From Bacteroidota bacterium (GTDB lineage Bacteria > Bacteroidota > Ignavibacteria > Ignavibacteriales > Ignavibacteriaceae): a DNA stretch of 64,000 bases. The notes under the pieces are model-generated. The model searched no databases. It was not told where the DNA came from and was given only the letters and a program-made list of their open reading frames with translations. The stretch is taken from positions 2,750 to 66,749 of the forward strand of contig JAEYUD010000073.1 in the NCBI GenBank assembly GCA_023433685.1, given 5' to 3'. Positions 56,451 to 64,000 of the stretch are shown piece after piece (position 1 is the stretch's first letter; every line of letters starts with the position of its first letter). The position numbers and the translations under genes were made by a program.

Positions 56451-57625
56451 GATCGGAAAGCCCACTAATAAAAATAGGCGATACTTGTAAAGTGTTTAGC
56501 GGAGGAACGCCTCGCCGGGGTATTGAAGGATATTATGGTGGGGACATCCCGTGGGCAAAAATTGGGGATATTGATACTGCCGAAGGCGGTTATCTTTTCA
56601 CGACTAAAGAATCAATAACCCAAGAGGGTCTTAAATCCATCAATAACAAAATATTTAAACAGGATACAATCTTTTTAGCACTTTACGGCTCTGTTGGTAA
56701 GACTGCGATTGCTGGAAGAGAGATGTCAACAAATCAAGCAATTTTGGGTCTCATTCCGAAAAACCCGGAAGTCCTATACTTTAAGTATTTAAAGTACTGG
56801 CTAGAGTTTTCAAAATCTGAACTTATCGGATTAGCACGAGGAGTGGCTCTTCAAAATATATCTGCAACGATCGTGAAAGAATACCCGATTCCCCTCCCCC
56901 CAATCGAAGAACAGCACCGCATCGTAAAAATTCTTGATCTGGCACAATCGCTCATTGAAAAACGGAAACAGGCACTTGCGTATTTGGATGATTATGTTAA
57001 TTCGATTTTCTTTAGCATGTTTATAAATAATTCGGATGAGAAAAATATTCCATTGGTAAGCTTAGAAAAGTTAGCTCTTAAAATTACTGATGGTGTTCAT
57101 GCTAAACCAAAATATACAGAAACTGGGATTCCTTTTATTTCAGTAAAAAATATCACGACCACAAAACTTTTATTCGATGATTGTAAGTTCATTTCAGTAG
57201 CTGATCACCAAATTTTTACCAAGCGTTGTAAAGCTGAATTTAACGATATCTTATATACTAAGGTTGGAGCAACATATGGGAGGGCTTGCATAGTTGATAC
57301 AAAAAACGAATTTAGTTTATATGTAAGCGTATCCTTAATAAAACCAAATAAAGATTTAATAGACCCAGCATATCTTAAAGCAGTTCTAAATAGTAGTTTT
57401 GTGAAGAGACAAGCTGATAAATCAGTAAAGGGTGCAGGCGTACCAGATTTGCACTTGGTTGAAATTAAAAAATTTACAATTCCACTACCTCCCATGCAAC
57501 TTCAGCAAAAGTTTGGGAAATTAATTTTCGGAGTTGATTCACTTAAACAAAAAATGCAATCCCAATTAAAAGAACTGGAAGACAATTTTCAGGCAGAGTT
57601 GCAGAGGGCGTTTAGGCAAGATTAA
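56447..57625 (+). CDS. hsdS: Type I restriction-modification specificity subunit
   Basis: 392 aa with two target-recognition halves. Each half ends in a conserved-region repeat (YPIPLPPIEEQHRIVKILD and FTIPLPPMQLQQKFGKLI). The ATGA overlaps hsdM. Confidence 0.85.
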   Translation: MRSESPLIKIGDTCKVFSGGTPRRGIEGYYGGDIPWAKIGDIDTAEGGYLFTTKESITQEGLKSINNKIFKQDTIFLALYGSVGKTAIAGREMSTNQAILGLIPKNPEVLYFKYLKYWLEFSKSELIGLARGVALQNISATIVKEYPIPLPPIEEQHRIVKILDLAQSLIEKRKQALAYLDDYVNSIFFSMFINNSDEKNIPLVSLEKLALKITDGVHAKPKYTETGIPFISVKNITTTKLLFDDCKFISVADHQIFTKRCKAEFNDILYTKVGATYGRACIVDTKNEFSLYVSVSLIKPNKDLIDPAYLKAVLNSSFVKRQADKSVKGAGVPDLHLVEIKKFTIPLPPMQLQQKFGKLIFGVDSLKQKMQSQLKELEDNFQAELQRAFRQD

Positions 57626-57707
57626 TTTGCAAGAAATATAAAAGGTTCATTTAAACTTTGTTCTTACACTAAGAATATTTCAAATATTTAATGTTAGGTG
57701 AAGTAAT

Positions 57708-58766
57708 ATGTTGGATTTAACCAAAGTGTTTTCATTTCATGCTACTATTCAGGATAGAATCGTTTCAAGAGAAAGCAAAACGCTGGAATTCAAGGAAACA
57801 TTTAATTGGAGTTCAAAGGATAAATATGCTAAAAGCATAGCTGCCTTTGCAAATAGTATCGGGGGAATACTTGTTTTTGGAGTGAAAGATAACCCGCATG
57901 ATTTCGTAGGACTTCAAAGTGAAAATTTTGAGAGATTCGATGAGTCCAGAATTACAGAATATTTGAATAGTGTATTTGCCCCTGAGATAATTTTTGAGAA
58001 ATTTGTTTACACAGTCAATCGAAAAAATGCCGGTATTGTAGTTGTACACCAGGCAACGAACAAACCTGTGGTTTGCATTAAAAATGATGGGGATCTAAAA
58101 GAGTCAGATATCTACTTTCGTTATAGTGCCAGAACCGAGAGAATTAAATATCCAGAACTTCGGCAATTAATTGAAGATATTAAAGAAAAAGAACGGTTCC
58201 TTTATAAACGGATTTTAGAGAGAATATCAGAGGTCGGTGTGGAAAATGCTGCAATATTCGATATTCTCAAAGGGGAAGTAAAAGGGCAAGCAGGTTCCTT
58301 TGTGATTGATAAGACGTTACTTCCAAAATTAAAATTTATTAATCAAGGTACATTCAAAGAAGGTGGAATTCCCGTGTTGGAGTTAAAAGGGGAAGTTTCT
58401 CCAATTGACCGAAAAACAACGGATGTGAGCGTTGTTGAGGTAAAAACTCGAATCACGAATGACCCTAATGCCCCTGTAGCTAAGTTGATAGAGCCAGATG
58501 AAATTTGTCCTCATCGTGCAACTGAAACCGTAAATTTAATAAATAGTCGAATTGGCGAACAAAACAAAATCAAAATGTATGACCTGACAGTCATCAGGAC
58601 ATTATTCGATATTGATGAAAAACAAGAATTTTATTATCATCCAATATCTGGCTCATCACAGTATAGCGATGCCTTTATTGATTGGGTTGTTGAATCTTTT
58701 AACAATGACAACAACTTTTTTTCAGAAAATAGAGAAAAATTTAGACAGATTAAAAAATCTGCGTAG
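57708..58766 (+). CDS. AlbA_2 (Schlafen-like 'divergent AAA') domain protein with unassigned C-terminal half
   Basis: 352 aa. Residues ~20-140 carry the AlbA_2 signature (RESKTLEFKETFNW...KSIAAFANSIGGILVFGVKDNPHDFVGL...AGIVVVHQA...IYFRYSARTERI). The C-terminal ~190 aa show no HATPase or HTH pattern that I recognise. Confidence 0.65.
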   Translation: MLDLTKVFSFHATIQDRIVSRESKTLEFKETFNWSSKDKYAKSIAAFANSIGGILVFGVKDNPHDFVGLQSENFERFDESRITEYLNSVFAPEIIFEKFVYTVNRKNAGIVVVHQATNKPVVCIKNDGDLKESDIYFRYSARTERIKYPELRQLIEDIKEKERFLYKRILERISEVGVENAAIFDILKGEVKGQAGSFVIDKTLLPKLKFINQGTFKEGGIPVLELKGEVSPIDRKTTDVSVVEVKTRITNDPNAPVAKLIEPDEICPHRATETVNLINSRIGEQNKIKMYDLTVIRTLFDIDEKQEFYYHPISGSSQYSDAFIDWVVESFNNDNNFFSENREKFRQIKKSA

Positions 58767-58872
58767 ATTTTATCAGGGTTAATCAGAAATTGGGATACCG
58801 TGATTTTAAATATTTATATGAAGATTCCTAATTGTTAAAACAAATCTTAAATTCAACAAAAGGTGGTCAAAT

Positions 58873-60258
58873 ATGCGTTTAGAAAATTGGTTTATTACAA
58901 ATCCTGACACTTCACAACAAGAAGTGTTGAAAGTTCCTATTACTCAAAATTTGGTAGTTAAGGGCGCTGCTGGCAGCGGAAAAACGAACATGGCAATCTA
59001 CCGTGCAAACCAAGCAAATGATAACACATTTGTCATTGTGGTTTATACGATAGCTTTAGCAAAAATGATTCGTTACGGACTGAATGAGCTCGGACTTGAC
59101 AAAGACAGAGTTGTCCACGAATGGTCTTGGATTAACAGAGGTGTAGGCGTTTCTGGTGATGTATTTTGTTTGGCAGGTAGTAGCCCCGACAGATTAAATG
59201 GTGATTTGCTGATTCTTAAAACCTCCGAAGGATTAAAATTCTTTATATCACGGGAGAAGCATGACGAGTGTTTGCAAAATGGGAAATTCTTAAATTACTC
59301 GGTTTCCAATATTTCAAATCCTTTAGAAGTCTCTATTGATTTTGATGATTGGGTTGATGATAAATTCTACTACACATTTTATCGCAGAGCAAGATGGTTC
59401 AAACAAATACAACTTACTCAATTTAGATTTGACCTAAACGATGAAACAAAATTTGTTTTCATTCCTGCGGGCTATTTATACAGAGATAAAGTTGTTGTCA
59501 ATCATGTAATCGTTGACGAAGGACAAGACTTTTCACTCCATACATATAGTAATTATTTCATTCCCGAAGCTAGAAAATCTATAACTATATTTGGCGATAC
59601 AAACCAGCGTATTTACAAAGATCGTTTCTGCATGATAGAGGATGTTGCAAGTAATTTCAAATTTCCAATTCTCAATCTTGGATTCAACTATCGAGTCCCA
59701 AGAACAATCGCAAAAGTCGCCCAAACGATACCTCAACCACATGTTGATCTGCTAACAAACAATCGGAAAAACAACGGTAATAGTGATTACCCATCATTTC
59801 CAAAGCCTATAATCAAAAAATGCAACTCCGAAGAAGAAGAAATGCAATTCATTTTGAACAGAATCCGAACAGAGGGGATGGATGATGTTGCAATTTTATT
59901 GCCAAGAGAGGATGATGTGATGAAGCTTCACAAATTTTTCTCCGCACATAACATAGGCACGCAAGTTCGGCTATCTATTGATATCGGTGTTACCCCATTC
60001 GGCAATCGTAAATTCAAGCGAATTGATACACTTGATTTTACAAACCATGATCTGCCCGCAATTCTAACATATCACGCCGGAAAGGGAACAGAATTTGACA
60101 ATGTTTTCATTCCTTTTGCCGATGACGATAAGGGCTTAGAGCGAAATCCATTTTATGTGGCAGTAACTCGTTCGAGCTATCGAGTTTTCATAACTTACTC
60201 GCGTAGACTCACAAACTTATTGAAGAATATAAATTCTAATGATGTAATCTTACAGTAA
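58873..60258 (+). CDS. compact SF1 (UvrD/Rep-type) helicase-like ATPase
   Basis: 461 aa with motif I GAAGSGKT (aa 31-38), II VDEGQDF (213-219), III FGDTNQRIY, IV FNYRVPRTI, V TYHAGKGTEFDNVFI and VI YVAVTRSSYRVFI. There is an unassigned ~170-aa insert between motifs I and II. An AGGTGG SD lies upstream. Confidence 0.8.
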   Translation: MRLENWFITNPDTSQQEVLKVPITQNLVVKGAAGSGKTNMAIYRANQANDNTFVIVVYTIALAKMIRYGLNELGLDKDRVVHEWSWINRGVGVSGDVFCLAGSSPDRLNGDLLILKTSEGLKFFISREKHDECLQNGKFLNYSVSNISNPLEVSIDFDDWVDDKFYYTFYRRARWFKQIQLTQFRFDLNDETKFVFIPAGYLYRDKVVVNHVIVDEGQDFSLHTYSNYFIPEARKSITIFGDTNQRIYKDRFCMIEDVASNFKFPILNLGFNYRVPRTIAKVAQTIPQPHVDLLTNNRKNNGNSDYPSFPKPIIKKCNSEEEEMQFILNRIRTEGMDDVAILLPREDDVMKLHKFFSAHNIGTQVRLSIDIGVTPFGNRKFKRIDTLDFTNHDLPAILTYHAGKGTEFDNVFIPFADDDKGLERNPFYVAVTRSSYRVFITYSRRLTNLLKNINSNDVILQ

Positions 60259-60259
60259 T

Positions 60260-62086
60260 ATGGCTAAGAAAAAATCAACAACTCGTTTCTGGTTGCCGAT
60301 AAATCTATGGAACTTAAACGAAATTTTTACCTCTGAGAGCATATCTCCCATTTCGTTTTATTCAGTTCGTGACTTTGGCAACCCAGTAAATCGCAACGAA
60401 GAAATATTTGAAGATACCAATTTCCTCGTGATGTTTGATGCGCCAGTTGCAAGTGAGATTATCATTGAAATTTATCCAGAACTGTTAAATCGAACAGCAA
60501 TGCTTGACACAAAAGATGGCTACAGCGAATACTATAAAACAATATATTTGCGAAACGAACTGTTCAAAGTGCATTTTAAGAATGAAGAAAAATTAAATGA
60601 GTTCATAAATCAACAATTGATGCTCCTGGAAGTTAAAACTGTTAATAAATATAAAACGGAACACTTTGTTGTTTCTAGAAACAAATTAAAACAATCAAAC
60701 AAAGTCGCATTTCAACCAAGTATTCTTTCGGAGCAACGCGAAATAGAGCCATTTTTTGATAAGGCTTTTAATCAGATCAAAGGACTGATTTATGGATATG
60801 TTATCGGTGCGCTTGGCACTTTAGGAGAGAACGAGCAAGGATTAGTTTCTGATTTAAATAACCTCAAAAATACAATCGGTGGCGTTCATACCGACATTGC
60901 TTTGTCTGACCAATATTCAAACTTATGGCTTCTTAATGTTAAAAAACAAATCCGTGATTGCGAAGATAAATTCAAAAAGCAATTCGACAACAAAACCTCT
61001 GATGTATTCAGTACCCTTACTTTAAGATTGCAGGAAGTTGATAATCTGAATAAAATGCGTTGCGAGGTACTTTTAAGACAAAAAAGTCCAAGTAACAAAC
61101 GAGATTATATAACAGAACAAGAAAATTTAGAACAAGCTCGAAGAGAAGTATATGAGTACGAATGTGAGCACAATATTGCACCTTTGAAAGAAGAAATTGA
61201 AAATATAAAACAGGAAGAAAAAAATAGAGGAGAGGCAAAAGGTAAGATTCGAGACTATTACAAAAAAGACGACAATCCCGAGAAATATTATCGCAAACGA
61301 GAATTGAAGCGTATTATAGAGGAGTATGAGAAGAGTGATAGTGAATACAAAGAATTAAAAAACAAAGTTAATATTATTGAAAATAGGATAAAAAACCTCC
61401 AAGAAGGGGGAACTCCCTTTGACGCTTCAATTAACGAGCAATTCAACCGCATTACCGAACACTTGAATGATTTAGTAAAACGAGCTAATAACTATTTCCT
61501 TTCAAAAAATAACAAAGAAAGCGAATTGCCAGATATTGCATTTCAAATTGATTTAGATTTGTTGACCGGTCACTATCATGAAAAGATGAAAGCATACAAC
61601 GATTTTGCAATTCAACTACCAAATTCTTTGTCTAACAAGCTTTCAGAACGGGAAATTGAGCTATTGAAAATTTCGTTAAATGCAGTTTTATCATCTCCTC
61701 AGGGACGACTCGGGAATTATTCAGAAGAAAATATTTTGGAAATCATTGCAGAAGTTGGAAAACATTTACCTGAAAGCGATTTCAAGAAAACTTTACGAGA
61801 TTATTACGCATACCGCTCTGGTAAATCGGACAGTTTTGAATTTCCGAAAAACGATGTTCTTGCAAACATTATTGTGTTTTTCATGAAATTGCAAGGTCAT
61901 GACCAAATCAACAAACTGCTGATAACAAAAGGCATTCAGCACAAGCAAATTGCATTTTTACTTTACGGTGCTTACACAGGTTTTGCAAATTTTCCCAAAA
62001 CTTTTACCAATCTGATTTTTAACGGTGAAAACAAGAGACTTCTTTATTGGATCGATGATTATTTGTTTAATAGCTATTTAAAATAA
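60260..62086 (+). CDS. 608-aa protein of unknown family (globular N-terminus, long K/E-rich coiled-coil centre, helical C-terminus)
   Basis: This is the only long ORF at the locus. Its start is 1 nt after the helicase stop. The central segment is ~aa 230-400 (e.g. EQENLEQARREVYEYECEHNIAPLKEEIENIKQEEKNRGEAKGK, YRKRELKRIIEEYEKSDSEYKELKNKVNIIENRIKNLQE). I found no P-loop or nuclease motif. The coding call is solid; the function is unknown. Confidence 0.75.
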   Translation: MAKKKSTTRFWLPINLWNLNEIFTSESISPISFYSVRDFGNPVNRNEEIFEDTNFLVMFDAPVASEIIIEIYPELLNRTAMLDTKDGYSEYYKTIYLRNELFKVHFKNEEKLNEFINQQLMLLEVKTVNKYKTEHFVVSRNKLKQSNKVAFQPSILSEQREIEPFFDKAFNQIKGLIYGYVIGALGTLGENEQGLVSDLNNLKNTIGGVHTDIALSDQYSNLWLLNVKKQIRDCEDKFKKQFDNKTSDVFSTLTLRLQEVDNLNKMRCEVLLRQKSPSNKRDYITEQENLEQARREVYEYECEHNIAPLKEEIENIKQEEKNRGEAKGKIRDYYKKDDNPEKYYRKRELKRIIEEYEKSDSEYKELKNKVNIIENRIKNLQEGGTPFDASINEQFNRITEHLNDLVKRANNYFLSKNNKESELPDIAFQIDLDLLTGHYHEKMKAYNDFAIQLPNSLSNKLSEREIELLKISLNAVLSSPQGRLGNYSEENILEIIAEVGKHLPESDFKKTLRDYYAYRSGKSDSFEFPKNDVLANIIVFFMKLQGHDQINKLLITKGIQHKQIAFLLYGAYTGFANFPKTFTNLIFNGENKRLLYWIDDYLFNSYLK

Positions 62087-62750
62087 AATTATGCATAGTG
62101 TCCAAGATTTTTTCTAATCTTTTTAAATGAACCTAGTAAAATTGATTTTTTCTTTCCGCAATACTTTGATCAGACTTCCGGTAAAAAGTCTTGAGATGTC
62201 AGGTAATGAAGTGCGCTGAGTAGTTTTCAACTCTTAAATAGTATTACATTTATTTTGGTTACATATTTAAAGTCTCAACCTGGATTAAGAGTAACTTTCG
62301 AAACCGGGTGTATCCCTTTCTGAATAGCTCTTCGATATTGTGTAGAATGTTTTAATATTTGGAAATTTTTTGACTGTACCCAAAAATATGGTTCCTAAGC
62401 TCCTACCAAACTTTAGATCCCTACCAATTACACAAAACTACTGACACTCCCTTTTCTTCCTAACACCTGAAGATTTTTTTTTAAACCGCTTTCGTGCTAA
62501 ATTGGAGGAGAGAAACCTAAAACTTCTAAACGCTAAATTACTAAGAATGAAGGCTAATCACTATGACGGACCTTCTACATTATCTGTTTAATAATTTATT
62601 CCGTTTTCCGCTGAACCAATACACTCCTTTAGATTAGATAAAAGTTAAATATTGACAATAATTTTCTCCTAAAGGAAACTAAATTAAAGTTAAATCAACG
62701 ACATTCAATATGAAATAAAATGTAATTATAAAAAATTAGACAAGGCTTAT

Positions 62751-64000
62751 ATGGACCCAATTATCTCCTCAATTGTTCTCACATCAATTACTGAAATTAC
62801 AAAGACGATAATATCTGATTATGTAAAGCCCCAGTTATTGGCCTTTAAACAATATTTTAATGAAAAACAGATTGAAGATGGAGATGTTAGTAAATATTTG
62901 GAAAAGAATTTGTCTGATTATCTTACCAGAACTTATGATTCACTTTCCTTGTCGGATACTTTAATAGGCGAAACCGCTGCTGTGCGACTTGAAGATGTGT
63001 ACACACCTCTTCAAATCGTAGATTTACAACAAAAGACGCAAATTGAAATTAAATATGGGTCAGAGATTCTAAATTTAGAGAGAACAAGAATCATGTTTAT
63101 TAGTGGTGGGGGTATGGGGAAAACCACTCTCTTAAAGATGATAGGGTTATCTTGCATAGAAAAATCGCTTTCATGCCCCATCCTTATTAATCTTAGGAAA
63201 CTGACAACTTCAAACGGTGTATTGGATGAGATTTATCAACAATTTGACCAGATTACAAAAACAGTAAATAAGGAAATTATTCTGCAATTGCTTGAATCGG
63301 GGCGATTTGTAGTTCTATTTGATGGAATTGATGAAATTGCATTTTCGAATAAAAGAATAATAATTGAGGATTTAAAGAATTTCATCTCCAAGACGTCGTC
63401 AAACATTTTTGTAATTGCTTCACGAGAAGATAGAATTTTGACTTCGTTTTCCGACTTCCAAAGGTATTCGATAAAACCATTCCAGAAGGAACAGGCTGAC
63501 AGCTTGTTAAATAAATATGACAAACTTACAAGCTGTTCAATCGCTCCACAAGTATCGAGAGAATTAGGTTACAACAACTACTTATTTAGAACGCTTATTT
63601 CTAACCCAATACTTGTAACAATGGTTTACAATGTGTATTATCACACAAAGAAATTACCTTCCGAAACGCAGGAACTGATAAACAGAATATTGGAAATCTA
63701 CATAAAAGAGCATGATTATTCAAAATTAGGGTTCATAAGACCACATATAAGTGAGCTCGGTGTTGGATGTGTTAAAGGATTGATGACCTGGCTTGCATTT
63801 TTTTCCTTAAAAAAAGGATCACCACTTTTCACTTCAAACGAACTAAGAGACCAAGTAGAGCATTACTTTAAAAGTCAAAGCATGAATTGTAAAACAGAGG
63901 AATTGATAGATGAACTACTTATTTCTTTCCCAGTCTTCCAAAAAGATGGATTGGATTTAAGATGGCAGCATAAAATATTTCAAGATTATTTTTGCGCAGA
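62751..64000 (+). CDS. NACHT-domain STAND NTPase (5' part; continues beyond window end)
   Basis: Not in the ORF track because there is no stop in the window. My translation from ATG 62751 is open for 416 codons: MDPIISSIVLTSITEITKTII...LEDVYTPLQIV...RIMFISGGGMGKTTLLK (Walker A, aa 118-125)...RFVVLFDGIDEI (Walker B)...FVIASRED...SNPILVTMV...RWQHKIFQDYFCA. This is the canonical order of NACHT motifs. Confidence 0.8.
   Translation, partial: MDPIISSIVLTSITEITKTIISDYVKPQLLAFKQYFNEKQIEDGDVSKYLEKNLSDYLTRTYDSLSLSDTLIGETAAVRLEDVYTPLQIVDLQQKTQIEIKYGSEILNLERTRIMFISGGGMGKTTLLKMIGLSCIEKSLSCPILINLRKLTTSNGVLDEIYQQFDQITKTVNKEIILQLLESGRFVVLFDGIDEIAFSNKRIIIEDLKNFISKTSSNIFVIASREDRILTSFSDFQRYSIKPFQKEQADSLLNKYDKLTSCSIAPQVSRELGYNNYLFRTLISNPILVTMVYNVYYHTKKLPSETQELINRILEIYIKEHDYSKLGFIRPHISELGVGCVKGLMTWLAFFSLKKGSPLFTSNELRDQVEHYFKSQSMNCKTEELIDELLISFPVFQKDGLDLRWQHKIFQDYFCA

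Noticed and set aside
63236-63523. 95-aa minus-strand ORF from the track.
   Set aside because: It lies antisense inside the uninterrupted NACHT reading frame (62751 to beyond 64000), which carries ordered Walker A and Walker B motifs. It is a shadow ORF.

Overview
Gene-dense bacterial chromosomal window. About 90% is coding, and most of it is on the minus strand. T9SS C-terminal sorting domains, a GWxTD protein, a PorV-like barrel, a CarboxypepD_reg-type TonB receptor and an atp operon lacking atpD/atpC suggest an FCB-group organism (Ignavibacteriota/Bacteroidota-like); this placement is inference only. Positions 1-51.9 kb are core genome: rpsP-ffh-atpGAHFEB-atpI/Z, a bactofilin, YrdC/TsaC, LPS core/lipid A genes, a TonB/T9SS outer-membrane cluster, trxA, dnaE, dut, nadC, accA, a surface-glycan cluster (four GT2, one intact and one degenerate polyprenyl-P glycosylphosphotransferase, a Ppm1-like synthase, a flippase, two tandem GT39/ArnT-like genes), ahcY-metK, a FabK-like gene and dcp. 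Two orphan ATPase genes (AAA-ATPase_like/PD-(D/E)XK and AAA_14/DUF4143) sit between housekeeping genes. From about 52.1 kb to the window end there is a plus-strand defence island. It starts with a complete Type I R-M (hsdR-hsdM-hsdS). After a compositional break inside hsdS comes a roughly 30% GC block: an AlbA_2/Schlafen-like protein, a tightly coupled SF1 helicase plus a 608-aa coiled-coil protein I cannot assign to any family, a 0.66-kb non-coding gap, and a 5'-partial NACHT/STAND NTPase that is missing from the ORF track. The helicase/608-aa pair, possibly acting with the AlbA_2 gene, is my best candidate for an undescribed system. I found no rRNA, tRNA, CRISPR array, transposase or integrase. 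All family calls come from motif recognition by eye; no searches were run.
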